The translations under genes and the position numbers were made by a program. The notes under the pieces are model-generated. The model did no database searches. It was not told the origin of the DNA and saw only the letters and a list, made by a program, of their open reading frames with translations. A stretch of DNA of 64,000 bases from a virus (lineage: Duplodnaviria; Heunggongvirae; Uroviricota; Caudoviricetes), in the IMG/VR virus record IMGVR_UViG_3300030332_001481, positions 259,486-323,485 of that record; one strand, given 5' to 3'. Each line of letters begins with the position of its first letter. Within the stretch, counting starts at the first letter, position 1. Shown one piece after another: positions 37,466 to 47,446 of the stretch.

Positions 37466-40293
37466 CAGGACTTTGTGATATCGCGGGTTTGTTCCAATAG
37501 AGGATCCCACATCACAGGAGGGGGTCCGCTTACTTGGTCTAGATAAGGTCCGGGAGGCCTGTCTTCTATCGTGGGATGACCATTCTGTGGTCGGTTAGAC
37601 ATGGGGGACACGAGGTTGTCTGAGGCTTCCTTGTCTTCGGCGTCTACTTCGTCGGAAGACTCAGACTCGTGAAAAGGGGAGAGTCTTACTTCCACCCCGT
37701 CGATCTTCTCGGGGACCTCGTCCCGCATGGACTTTGGCGTAGTAGCGTGGACATGGATGACGGGTGCGCCATCCTCTCCCATGCTGGTGCGCATGTCCTT
37801 GACCCGTGGGTCCCCCTTGAACATGTCCTGGAGCTGGGCAAGGACATCATCCACGTCCGGATCAACCGGCGTGAACTTGATCTTGGTCTTGCTCTTCTGC
37901 TCTTCCTTGGGGACGTAGGTCTTAGTGGAGTCTACGCGTGGACCCTCCTCAACGACAGCGGCAGGGGCAGGCCCCTGGGCTGAGTCAGGCAGGTCCACGC
38001 TTGGGGCTAAAGGGGGCATCACCTCCTCGGGGGCCGGAAGAGGACCCGGGCCGCCGCAGGGGGAGTCCACCGGAGGAGCCATGTCCATAGGGACGGGAGC
38101 AGGTGGTGGCCCCATCCGAGGCATGAAGCGAAGCACAGGGTGAGCGGCAGGCGCAGGGGCTACAGGAGCCGGCGCAGGAGCCGCGTCACCTGGGAACCTA
38201 CCAAAGCCGGGCGGAGGTGCCTCCGGCATCATGTCCCCGCTCGGAAGCTGGAAGATGTAGAAGCCGTTCCCTGTATCGAAGTGGGCAAGACCGTCGCCCA
38301 TCATGCTAGGGGGAGGCGGCAAGGGAAGGTTTCCGCCGTCCATCATGGGAGGGGGCGGAGCCATGTGCTCACACGCGTCCTTCTCGAAGGGGCGAATCCA
38401 CGGACGCTTGATGGTGAACTCCTTGCCGGAATCCAGCGCCTTTACCACGTAGTGCGGGCCACGCTTGGCCTTCTTGTCTACACGAACAAGCTCTACCATG
38501 GAGCTATCACCTGTGTCGGGATCCTTCTCCTGCCAACGGGTGCCTACCTCGGGAATGAGGCCCACTGCACCGTCTGCATAGCGGATCACGTCATCGCTGG
38601 AAGCAATGAGGTAGCTGCGACCCACACGGAGACGGTCCGCAAGGTTGGCGACGCGCTCCTTCAGCGGAGAGTCAGCGGGGAGAAGGTTCGCGATGTCGAT
38701 GAGCTTCTCGCTCGTCTCTAACGAAGCCGTCGCCCGGTGCGCAGACATCTCATTCGACGGCCGAATGTACGTGAACATCAGACGCGCAGGCCCGTTGACC
38801 GCGGAGAACTTCGACAGGGGGAGGTCCTTGAAGCTTCGAATGCCGAAGTCCTTGTCGACAGAAATATCGACATCGTCAAGGATCTCGAAGATCTCAATCT
38901 TGTAGCCGAATTCGTCTCGGATCTCATTGAGAATGAACTTCAAGTCCTCCTCACGCTCGAACGGAATGTCGTACTGCCAAGAACCCGACTTAACGGCTTT
39001 CTTCTTACTGAGGAAGTCGCGGAACTCGGGGTCCCGTAGGGCGTTAGCCGTGAATGTGATCCGCATCATCGGACCAGCAACACGGACGGTCGAGGCGTGT
39101 CTGGGCATCTCAGTACCTTCACTTAGCGTTTCGAGTAGAATCTTATCGGCAGCCACAACTAGGTTTTTGCTAATGAAAACGGGTTCGTTGGCTACCAAAT
39201 ACACGTCATAAGTGAAGTTTCCCTTGCGCTTTGACTTGGGATATTGCTCCAGCATGACGCTAAGGCGGTCATCGGTGACCTTGCCAACGTACAGCTTTCC
39301 ACCTCTACGGTCAGACTCTGTAAGAAGTTGGCGAATGAATGGGTCGGTCTCGGCTAGCTCGGCTAGCTTCTCCCTCATGGACTTGTTGCCCATCTCCTGG
39401 ATGTTTCCCACCCAGTTGCCTTCCTTGAGGCGTACCCACGCCTTGCACTTGACGTACGAACCTTGAATGCCCGAAAGAGCCTGACATTCTTTGTTCTCCC
39501 AGCGGCAGAACGCGAAGTTCTCGGTGAGCTTGGTTGTACGCTCAGGCATGGAATGGTCCGGGCAGTCGTCCGCTTCAACCTTCCAGTTACCCTTGGCTCC
39601 GACATAGGCGGGAATGAGGCCTGCCTCTTCCACGACGTAGTTCTTGATCTTGTCCCGGGACTCTGCCACGCGGTGGGCGGCTAAGTCTGCGCGACGGTTC
39701 TTCAGTAACTTCTCTACCTGGTAGAGAACTTCATGTGGGCTCGCCAAGTTCAACTCCAGAGCCTCCGCGGCCTTCTTGAGCTGCGGCGTGGCTCCCTCTA
39801 CGTACTCTTTGATGATTCCCAGGACCTGCTCACGCTTAGATGTCCAGAAATCGTCGATGTGGTTCCAGTAGGGGCGCACAGCAGCAAGAAACGCCGTCTT
39901 GGGCATATCCCTACCTGAGTGAGCACGAATCAGGTTGATGATCGACGACTCCATCTTGGCGTACTTGGTGTACGCTACCTGCATGGAGTTGTACGCTGTG
40001 GCCAGCTGCGACCTCATCTCGTCGGGTGTCAGAAAGTCCGTCTGAACCAGCGCGGTCACGTTCTTCTGTGCCTGATCGAGAAGACTGAGATGGGAGTCTA
40101 AGAGTGGGGCTACTTCTAGCTCGTTGATTTCGAGGAAGAACTTCCGACCTTCCTCGACCCGGTCGAGGTAGTCCACAGACATGGCCACCAAAGGAGCCAG
40201 GTTTCCAGCGACATTGTTCTTGACCAACGTCTGCCAGTCTGCAGGGCTCACCTCAAGGTAAGCCATAGCCATGTCATCGAGGTCTTTGCTCAC
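37465..40293 (-). CDS. large multi-domain hypothetical protein with a Pro/Met-rich region, probable internal head protein
   Basis: 942-aa ORF; modules separated by HRVA/RHAS/HRATAS-type linkers. Confidence 0.75.
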   Translation of the reverse strand: MSKDLDDMAMAYLEVSPADWQTLVKNNVAGNLAPLVAMSVDYLDRVEEGRKFFLEINELEVAPLLDSHLSLLDQAQKNVTALVQTDFLTPDEMRSQLATAYNSMQVAYTKYAKMESSIINLIRAHSGRDMPKTAFLAAVRPYWNHIDDFWTSKREQVLGIIKEYVEGATPQLKKAAEALELNLASPHEVLYQVEKLLKNRRADLAAHRVAESRDKIKNYVVEEAGLIPAYVGAKGNWKVEADDCPDHSMPERTTKLTENFAFCRWENKECQALSGIQGSYVKCKAWVRLKEGNWVGNIQEMGNKSMREKLAELAETDPFIRQLLTESDRRGGKLYVGKVTDDRLSVMLEQYPKSKRKGNFTYDVYLVANEPVFISKNLVVAADKILLETLSEGTEMPRHASTVRVAGPMMRITFTANALRDPEFRDFLSKKKAVKSGSWQYDIPFEREEDLKFILNEIRDEFGYKIEIFEILDDVDISVDKDFGIRSFKDLPLSKFSAVNGPARLMFTYIRPSNEMSAHRATASLETSEKLIDIANLLPADSPLKERVANLADRLRVGRSYLIASSDDVIRYADGAVGLIPEVGTRWQEKDPDTGDSSMVELVRVDKKAKRGPHYVVKALDSGKEFTIKRPWIRPFEKDACEHMAPPPPMMDGGNLPLPPPPSMMGDGLAHFDTGNGFYIFQLPSGDMMPEAPPPGFGRFPGDAAPAPAPVAPAPAAHPVLRFMPRMGPPPAPVPMDMAPPVDSPCGGPGPLPAPEEVMPPLAPSVDLPDSAQGPAPAAVVEEGPRVDSTKTYVPKEEQKSKTKIKFTPVDPDVDDVLAQLQDMFKGDPRVKDMRTSMGEDGAPVIHVHATTPKSMRDEVPEKIDGVEVRLSPFHESESSDEVDAEDKEASDNLVSPMSNRPQNGHPTIEDRPPGPYLDQVSGPPPVMWDPLLEQTRDITKS

Positions 40294-41222
40294 AGCTCAG
40301 TCTCGGTGCTAAGGGCAAGGTAGGCACCTACAGCGTCCCCTCGCTTGAGCGCGGCCAGTACGGGGTCCTGGATTGGGTAGGGTGCTCCCTGTGCAACAGC
40401 GGAAAGGAGTAGCTTCCGCTCTCCCATGGTGGCCTGAAGCCTAGAATCTCCCTCGATAAGGGAATCTAGCTCCTCTACGGTAGCGGTGACCGTCTTCATG
40501 ACGTCAGTGCCAACACGAGAAGCCGTGCGCTGTAGACCACACCGCCGAATGATGCACGCGGCCAACTCCTGGGTGTCGATGACCTTGTCGATGTTTTCAG
40601 CCAGAAGAGTCTTCAACTGATCCGCCATCTCGACGGAACGGCTACCACCGTAGAGCTGCATGTCAGGGCCCATGCTGCGCACAATACGAGCAGCCAGCCT
40701 CTCCATGTCTGCGTTTGAAACGATGGGGGTGTTAGTTTCAAACGCCTCGTTCGTGTATTCACGAAGCCTATCCCATGACTGTTCTTCTGCGTGCTTCTTC
40801 ATGGTGCCGATGGTCTCTGCTGAAATGAGGTTGGGCTGGCTACGGCCAGGGGGAACTGCCATGTAATTGAAGTTCGCTGAAGGCGTACCTGAGGGTCCGC
40901 TGTCCTGACGCGACCTGGATTCCTGGCGATTTTTCTCGCGCAGTTGCGTAGCACGAGACTTTTCACCCTTGCGCCACAGTTCACAGATAATCTCCAAGGC
41001 GTCGGGATCCTTGACCAACTTCTTGTACTGGATCCCCACTTCGTTGAGGCTGTCGAAGAAGGCTTTTGGAGACTTGTCTCGCGATTTACGGAACTTGACG
41101 TACTGAACCTTCATCCCAGATTCAGGATCAACCTCTTCCCACATACGCATGTACCGAAGCTGGTGAGATTTCAGCAGCTTCGGTACAACGTTGCGAATGT
41201 CAACGCGCTTAGTCTGAGGCAT
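40290..41222 (-). CDS. hypothetical protein (start MPQTKR)
   Basis: GGAGG RBS before ATG 41222; contains QRTAS. Confidence 0.72.
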   Translation of the reverse strand: MPQTKRVDIRNVVPKLLKSHQLRYMRMWEEVDPESGMKVQYVKFRKSRDKSPKAFFDSLNEVGIQYKKLVKDPDALEIICELWRKGEKSRATQLREKNRQESRSRQDSGPSGTPSANFNYMAVPPGRSQPNLISAETIGTMKKHAEEQSWDRLREYTNEAFETNTPIVSNADMERLAARIVRSMGPDMQLYGGSRSVEMADQLKTLLAENIDKVIDTQELAACIIRRCGLQRTASRVGTDVMKTVTATVEELDSLIEGDSRLQATMGERKLLLSAVAQGAPYPIQDPVLAALKRGDAVGAYLALSTETEL

Positions 41223-41613
41223 CACCCCTCCGACGTGTACGGTTGAACAACTCAGAGAGCCTACGCAGCCTCTCCTCATCCTCGTCGATCTGCTGGATTT
41301 CCTCCAGCTCTTCCTTGACTTCCTCTTCCTTCTCAGCCGCTTCGCGGATCTCCTTCTCGGCCTCTTCGTGGATCTCCGCCAGATCCTCGCGCAGCTTCTC
41401 CTCCTGCTTCTTTAGTGGATCCGTGTCTACGTGGGTGGAGCCACGGCGGCGAAACAGAAAGACCGCCCCGAACACCGCTACCACTCCCCCGATGAGCCAC
41501 AGGGCGTACTTCTTGGCAAGCTCAGGCTTCGTGAACACGAAGACAAGAACGAGGGCCAGTACGCCAAGCAGGATTCCTACAGTGAGGATGTCTTGAAGAA
41601 TGAAGTCAAACAT
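41209..41613 (-). CDS. membrane protein (2 TM plus acidic coiled coil)
   Basis: Two hydrophobic helices followed by RRR and an E/K-rich coil; TGATG coupling. Confidence 0.72.
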   Translation of the reverse strand: MFDFILQDILTVGILLGVLALVLVFVFTKPELAKKYALWLIGGVVAVFGAVFLFRRRGSTHVDTDPLKKQEEKLREDLAEIHEEAEKEIREAAEKEEEVKEELEEIQQIDEDEERLRRLSELFNRTRRRGDASD

Positions 41614-42029
41614 CAGAGGACGATGGGTTCGAACTGCGGAGGCACGCCCAGGCTCTCCTCGTACAGGCCCTCCACCCAGCAATGGATGGTGGCTTCCTGG
41701 ACGGAATCCAGGTTCTCGATTGAGAAAGAGTGGTGTACGAGACCAGAACCCAGGTGAGTTGCAGCGAATTCATGCCACAGAAGCTGCCCTGAGGTCACTT
41801 CCTCGCTGAACATGATTGTCGAGAAGGCACCCGTGAGTATGGGATCATCACTGATTCCCAAGTCGAAAGTGTGGGTCAACGTCACCTGAACAGCGGCCGA
41901 CGCTACATTTCGAAAGAAGATCTTGGGCTGGATGACGGGCGAGACAGGGAGGTTCGTTTCCAGCGCAGTGGAACGTGTCTCTGACGCATCGAGACGAAAG
42001 GGGTAGTGCTGTCGAAAGGAAACGAGCAT
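41613..42029 (-). CDS. hypothetical beta-rich protein (possibly structural)
   Basis: ORF in a tight operon. Confidence 0.65.
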   Translation of the reverse strand: MLVSFRQHYPFRLDASETRSTALETNLPVSPVIQPKIFFRNVASAAVQVTLTHTFDLGISDDPILTGAFSTIMFSEEVTSGQLLWHEFAATHLGSGLVHHSFSIENLDSVQEATIHCWVEGLYEESLGVPPQFEPIVL

Positions 42030-42032
42030 GAA

Positions 42033-42293
42033 TCAGTCCTTCAGGAGACGCCGTAAGCGTGCGCCAAGTGAGGCGAACCGGTGTGAGGGAGTCTCCCCAG
42101 AGTCAAGATAAGGTGAAACACCCTTCAATCCGCAGATTCGCTCAAAGTGAGCACGTGCCTTCGCCCACTGACGACGCACTGTTTTCGCGTCGTAGATGTC
42201 GTCGGCGTATTTCTTACAGACGTTACGCCAGATACTCTCAGCTTCCGGGTTCAGACGAGCAGGAGCGTTGTTGGGGGACGGTGTATTTTTCAC
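42033..42293 (-). CDS. small basic protein sharing a helical domain with 44745..45539
   Basis: PEAESIW..QWAKARAHFERICGLKGVSPY motif. Confidence 0.65.
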   Translation of the reverse strand: MKNTPSPNNAPARLNPEAESIWRNVCKKYADDIYDAKTVRRQWAKARAHFERICGLKGVSPYLDSGETPSHRFASLGARLRRLLKD

Positions 42294-42724
42294 AGCTGCT
42301 CCTCGATGCGCTTTTTGGACCTAAGCTCGTCGTTGGCGTCGCTGCCTGTGTCTAGCTGCTGCTTGAGCGGCGTATCAATGGGAGCAGCACACGTGACAGG
42401 AACCGTTTTGGCTAGGTCCCCTACCTGTGTCAGACCGTGACCTGCCAGCAGGGAGGCGGTCACATTTGCCTGTAGGTTGAAACGAGCAGGTGGATGGTTG
42501 AACAAGAACTTGAAGGACCCATCAGCGTTGCCGAACCTGCGGTCAAAGCAGATTTCAGCCACGGTAACTCCTCGGTGTATGAGGGAAGTAGTACCGGTCC
42601 CCACGAACTCGGGGTGTGCCAGCTGCTCATCCGAGTCTGGATCGTAGATCCATGCCTCTACGAGAACAGTATCACCGTCCTCGATGTACTCAGCTTTGAC
42701 ATCTAGGTAGAGGTTGGTGGGCAT
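42290..42724 (-). CDS. hypothetical beta-rich protein
   Basis: ORF in the operon. Confidence 0.65.
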   Translation of the reverse strand: MPTNLYLDVKAEYIEDGDTVLVEAWIYDPDSDEQLAHPEFVGTGTTSLIHRGVTVAEICFDRRFGNADGSFKFLFNHPPARFNLQANVTASLLAGHGLTQVGDLAKTVPVTCAAPIDTPLKQQLDTGSDANDELRSKKRIEEQL

Positions 42725-42727
42725 CTA

Positions 42728-43138
42728 TTAGTCGGGGGATGGGGCCTTGAAGGTGGTTCCCTGTGACCCAACCGTGATGTTGCGGTTGTCCCAGATGATG
42801 GAGTCGGGGTCGGAGACCACAAGCGTGTAGCTGTCTACAATCGTGTCGGCGCCTGCATCATAGGAGTACGTGATGGTGCACACGTACTGATGAAACGTAG
42901 CTGCTTCGATGTTCAGTGCCCCAGAGTATAGGAAGCTGGACCCTGGAACGAGGGTTAGATCGATCTCGCCCAGCGTGCCCATGTCGAGATCCTTGACCAT
43001 GGAACCTGTGTCCGGGTCAGTGCGGAAGATCTCACAGAGGGGATCGGCATCGGGGCTCACCAATGACCCGTCAGAGCGCTTGCACACTGTGGTGATCGCT
43101 ACGTGGGACATCCCCTTGTGTGCGAGTAAAAACGACAT
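42728..43138 (-). CDS. hypothetical beta-rich (Ig-like?) protein
   Basis: Alternating beta-strand pattern; in the operon. Confidence 0.6.
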   Translation of the reverse strand: MSFLLAHKGMSHVAITTVCKRSDGSLVSPDADPLCEIFRTDPDTGSMVKDLDMGTLGEIDLTLVPGSSFLYSGALNIEAATFHQYVCTITYSYDAGADTIVDSYTLVVSDPDSIIWDNRNITVGSQGTTFKAPSPD

Positions 43139-44748
43139 CAGCTAAGGTCCATGACTGAGGGTAAATCGTTGTCGGAGATACTACGATTGAACGTGCGCCC
43201 AACACCAGACGTGGTCTCCCATGCCTTCAAGAGATCGTTGACCTGCTTGATCCACGCAATGATCTCACTCTTCTTCTGAGCTGCTGCCCTAAAAGATAGG
43301 GGCTTATGGAAGTACAGAGCTGCCCCCGTGTTGGTGCGGTGAATGTCACTCTCGATTCCAAGGACTCCCTCAAGCGCAGCCTTCTCATTCTCCAAGATGT
43401 TGACAATCGTGTCCTTGAGAGTGGTGCCGTCCTTGTCCTTGTGCCTGTCGGTGGGGGCGTTTGCCCAGATGATCATAGGACGGTAGTGCTGGTCGAAGTC
43501 CAGGAACCCAGAGAACCTATCCTGGCTGACCTCATTGACGGTCACCTGGTAGATGTCGGGGGTGAGCATCTTCTGCTCGGAGAATTCTAAGGTCGGGAGG
43601 TGTTGCCCTGACAGGTGACCTGGAGGAATCGTTGTCTTGATTACTGGGATGGTCTTGCCGTCATCTGACAGATCGTTGAACATCTTCTCGATCTCGTCCC
43701 AGCCCGACTTGTCCGTACGCTGCCCTGGCTCAACTCCCAGAATCTGAACGAACTTGTCGTGGTAGGCCTCCAGCTTGGCATTGTCGGAAGACACTAGAAC
43801 TGCACGACTCCCAGTCGCCAGGTAGTCGGTCTGTACTGCTCCCTTGGAGTGCTCAGTGACCCTGCGGAGGATTCTACGGGCTTCCTCTGCCTTGGTCTTT
43901 GGGATGAGTACAGTGTAACGACCCCGGGGCTTCTCGAAGATATCGAGACCAGCGTTGAACTCCGAAGGATCGTCTTTGGTAACCTTACGGAGAAGGTTCC
44001 AAGCGATGGCGGCATCAACCGGCGAAACTGCGTAGTAGTGGGTGTCTGCGCTGTCCATTTCAAAGTTGAAGTCTAGAATCGACTTACTGAGATGGTACAG
44101 GGTAACGCTCTCCTGGGCGTCGCTGGTGCCCGCGTGTTGGTTGACAAACGCGCTGAGCTTGTCGTACTGGGCATCCATGAACTCGGACTGATGCGGGGAG
44201 GGACGGTGAGTTGACTCCGTGTCAACATGGTAGTTCTGACCGTCAAGCTCGATGCTCTTTACCGCACGGATGATCCCGTTCACGACGTTATCGAGCTTGA
44301 GGGGTGTTCCCTTAGGGGAATCCACTACTATGGCGTCTACCTCATGAATCTTGTCTAGCAGGGTCCTGAGGGGCTGATCGAGTGCACCAGGATTAGGTGC
44401 TCGGGGGTGCGCCCGCTCAGGCAACTCGAAGGTACCATTGGTGACTGAGTTGACCTTCTCGAACCGACGAATGAACGAAGGCAACAGGTAGCCGTTGTGT
44501 TCCAGTGTGGTCGCAACTGCCCAGAGCCCCTTGAGAATGTTCTTTCCCTGATCAGATCCCAGGACGCCGTGACTGTACATCACGGAGAAGATCGTGGACA
44601 TCACGCGGTCGAACACCGTGGCGCTCACGCCAGGCGGGACCTCAGCAACCTTCAAGGTCGGGTCCGTCATGACTCGATGAGCGAGCTTCTGCAGTTCGAT
44701 GGCCTGCTCTTCAAGTAGAATTTTGGTGATCGACATCGAATAACTCAC
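43138..44748 (-). CDS. hypothetical protein (536 aa)
   Basis: Long coupled ORF. Confidence 0.75.
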   Translation of the reverse strand: MSYSMSITKILLEEQAIELQKLAHRVMTDPTLKVAEVPPGVSATVFDRVMSTIFSVMYSHGVLGSDQGKNILKGLWAVATTLEHNGYLLPSFIRRFEKVNSVTNGTFELPERAHPRAPNPGALDQPLRTLLDKIHEVDAIVVDSPKGTPLKLDNVVNGIIRAVKSIELDGQNYHVDTESTHRPSPHQSEFMDAQYDKLSAFVNQHAGTSDAQESVTLYHLSKSILDFNFEMDSADTHYYAVSPVDAAIAWNLLRKVTKDDPSEFNAGLDIFEKPRGRYTVLIPKTKAEEARRILRRVTEHSKGAVQTDYLATGSRAVLVSSDNAKLEAYHDKFVQILGVEPGQRTDKSGWDEIEKMFNDLSDDGKTIPVIKTTIPPGHLSGQHLPTLEFSEQKMLTPDIYQVTVNEVSQDRFSGFLDFDQHYRPMIIWANAPTDRHKDKDGTTLKDTIVNILENEKAALEGVLGIESDIHRTNTGAALYFHKPLSFRAAAQKKSEIIAWIKQVNDLLKAWETTSGVGRTFNRSISDNDLPSVMDLS

Positions 44749-45539
44749 TTCTTAGGTCGGATAGGAGCCCAACGCCCTAGGTCGTAGCCGTCTTTCTCAA
44801 GCTGCTGCCACAGCGCCTTCATCTTGCGCGCAGCAGGCCGGCTCATCGTGTAGCCCTCGTAGCAAAGACCGTTCGCCAGCTCCTTCATGGACCTATGGAT
44901 GGTCGAGGACCCATGAACAGAGGTAGAAGAGGGACTAGCATCCTGCTTGTAGGCAGGGGTGCCCTTCCTTGCACACTCAGATAACCAGAACTTCTCCGCG
45001 AGAGCCCACTTATCAGAGTTGGCCTTTGGAGCCATGATCATCTTGCGCTTCTTCTTGTCACGCAAGATCGAGTTCCAGAGGGGAAGTGCCTGGGGAGAGC
45101 ATCCCTGCGGGGGCTGACCTACCTTGGGCCGCCCACCACCAGCAGCTGTGCAGAGCTTTCGACGCTCCGCCTTGGGCATCGCAGCCGCTGTCCTCAAAAT
45201 CTCCTTGAAGGGGGTCTCCTGTGGAGCGGACAATCCAAGGGCAGCAGCTCCCTCATCGAGGGTGGTGGGATTCCACACACGAGCTACAGCCAGGCGCAGG
45301 TCAGAAAGACTCACACTGGACTTGACGAACGTTTCCGCCGAGCGAACAGAGGCTTGCTTCGTGGTAAGTCCCAAGGTCTGAAGAGTGCCGAAGAACTCAT
45401 GGGCGTAACGGTGCGGCAGCGCCTTGAAGATCTTCAAGAACGCGTCCTCACTTGCCAAGATCTCATACAGCTTCTCAGCCGACGCTGAGTACACCAGAGA
45501 CCGCTGGGTTTCCAGGTCTGACATCAGGATCTCAGGCAA
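44745..45539 (-). CDS. basic hypothetical protein
   Basis: Coupled ORF; TKQAS and LRTAA linkers. Confidence 0.72.
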   Translation of the reverse strand: MPEILMSDLETQRSLVYSASAEKLYEILASEDAFLKIFKALPHRYAHEFFGTLQTLGLTTKQASVRSAETFVKSSVSLSDLRLAVARVWNPTTLDEGAAALGLSAPQETPFKEILRTAAAMPKAERRKLCTAAGGGRPKVGQPPQGCSPQALPLWNSILRDKKKRKMIMAPKANSDKWALAEKFWLSECARKGTPAYKQDASPSSTSVHGSSTIHRSMKELANGLCYEGYTMSRPAARKMKALWQQLEKDGYDLGRWAPIRPKK

Positions 45540-46023
45540 GCTCCGCGAGAAGTGAAATCTCAGCGGCGTTCTTCTGCCCGAGCTTGTACGCCAAGCGAAG
45601 GTCCTTGTTCAGCTTGGTTCCCTTACGAGCAGCAACCACTGAGCCAGCCACAGCCGCAACCAGACGAGTCGCAAGGGCTTCTGCACCCTTGAACCCAGCC
45701 TTGGTCAAGCTAGCCTGGATCTTGTTACGAACCTCCACGAAGTCCGGAGACTTGGACGCCGACTTGGCACCCGCCTGCGCGGCCTGGCTCATGCTTCCAA
45801 TGAAGCTCTGAAGAAGCTGGGCTAACGTCTCGGGCGGAATCGCCTCCATCATCTTGGGAAGCTGCTTCATGACCTGAGGTCCCATCCGGCTAAGCATCGG
45901 TCCGATGCCTCGAATGAGGGCCATGAGAGCGGGGTTCGCCGTCTTCTGCAGGTCGGCAACTACGAGCTTGCGTAGGCGGGCCGCCGTGCGTAGCATCTTC
46001 TTCTGTTCCGGGGTCCGGTTCAT
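45532..46023 (-). CDS. hypothetical protein, probable head protein
   Basis: N-terminus LRTAARLRKLVVADLQKTA. Confidence 0.7.
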   Translation of the reverse strand: MNRTPEQKKMLRTAARLRKLVVADLQKTANPALMALIRGIGPMLSRMGPQVMKQLPKMMEAIPPETLAQLLQSFIGSMSQAAQAGAKSASKSPDFVEVRNKIQASLTKAGFKGAEALATRLVAAVAGSVVAARKGTKLNKDLRLAYKLGQKNAAEISLLAELA

Positions 46024-46026
46024 GAT

Positions 46027-47439
46027 TCAAATCCTCTTGTGTAGGGGCAAGCCCTTAGGAAACTCTGGGCCCTCAATGGTTTCGTACGTTTGAGGTGCCT
46101 TGACGTAGGTCACGATGTGAGGATCTGTACCGGGAAATAGTGGGCCAAGGCCTTCTTTGTCCTCCGCCTCATCCATCTCTCCAGCGTCATCCTCGTCTTC
46201 TGCGTCCGGCAGAAGCTTGGTAATTCTATCAGCTACTTCCAGGCCTCGATCCTCGGCTACAGCCCTTACGTACCTAAGTCTAGATAACAGGGAGGCAGGG
46301 ACGTATTGTGCAAGTACTTGATATTGCATCATGAGTGCAGACCCGTGGGTCTCCACACCCAGGACGTTCACCTTCATCTCCTTGCCGTCAATGGCAAGCT
46401 TGATGGCGCCACGGGCATCCAGCACAAGGTCTTCGTACTTGGGGCTGAGAAGGTTGAAGATCAATCTCCCTGAGTGCTCCTCTACCACCTCGATGTCAGC
46501 GCGAGAGTTGCCGATCTGCATGTAGCTCTGCTTGCCCGCGGCCATGCGCTTAGGCATGTCGCCTAGGTAGAGCGGGGTCATCTGCTCGTCGCCTCGGCAG
46601 ACCATGATATGGTCAACCGTCCAGGCAACGGAGGGACACACCTTCTTCTCCCCTGGGCCGTCTACGTAATCGAGCGTTGTGTGCGGCTTGTACTGGTCGT
46701 ACGCGAACTTAGTGTCCACAAGACCTGGGAACTTGAACTCCAGGAACGCCACAATCTCAGTGTGCAGGTAGTCGTGTGGGGTCCTAATGTTGGCTACCCA
46801 GGGATATTTCCCCTCGTCGGACGGGTTCAGGAAGACCTGAGAGCCGTCTGTCATGGCGTCGAAGCTCCTGAATTTCTTCAGGAAATCGCGGAGCTTGTTG
46901 CGTACGCTGTCGTAGTCTTCCTCAGACAGCTCAGGCATGTAGCAGAGCGTGACGTGAGGTGCGTACTCCAGGTCATCGGCGTAGGGGAGGCCCAGATTGG
47001 TAGGTACCTGGAGGGACAGAACACCGGAGCGCGACTTCGCCGCCATCTTGGGGGACTGATCTGCAGATGTGAAGGCGAACGAGAGCGCGAAGGGAGAGTC
47101 AGCGTACTCTTCGAGCGTCCCACCAGCGGGGATCTCCGTCATGCCTGCCAGAGTACCTCGAAAAGAGTCAGTTGAGATCTTGAACTCAACTGTGTGTCCC
47201 TTTTGGCTCTTCAGGAAGTTGTAGTCACTGATGATGTCGTCGACAGACGAGTACCCACCGTCCCGCGCCCATGTGAACTCGATGACCAGGTTGACACCAT
47301 CGGCGATGGCGTTGAGAAGTGTACCATCCCACGACTTCCCGCTTACAGAGAAGTGGACATCCCGGTTGAGATACTTGGTAAAAATCCTCTCGGCAGACTC
47401 CGGATCTAGGATTCTATCAGCTACCTTGAGAACCAACAT
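46027..47439 (-). CDS. multi-domain protein with a central 2H phosphoesterase (Acb1/2'-5' RNA ligase-like) domain
   Basis: Two HxT motifs: PHVTLCY and PHTTLDY. Confidence 0.75.
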   Translation of the reverse strand: MLVLKVADRILDPESAERIFTKYLNRDVHFSVSGKSWDGTLLNAIADGVNLVIEFTWARDGGYSSVDDIISDYNFLKSQKGHTVEFKISTDSFRGTLAGMTEIPAGGTLEEYADSPFALSFAFTSADQSPKMAAKSRSGVLSLQVPTNLGLPYADDLEYAPHVTLCYMPELSEEDYDSVRNKLRDFLKKFRSFDAMTDGSQVFLNPSDEGKYPWVANIRTPHDYLHTEIVAFLEFKFPGLVDTKFAYDQYKPHTTLDYVDGPGEKKVCPSVAWTVDHIMVCRGDEQMTPLYLGDMPKRMAAGKQSYMQIGNSRADIEVVEEHSGRLIFNLLSPKYEDLVLDARGAIKLAIDGKEMKVNVLGVETHGSALMMQYQVLAQYVPASLLSRLRYVRAVAEDRGLEVADRITKLLPDAEDEDDAGEMDEAEDKEGLGPLFPGTDPHIVTYVKAPQTYETIEGPEFPKGLPLHKRI

Positions 47440-47446
47440 GATGAAC

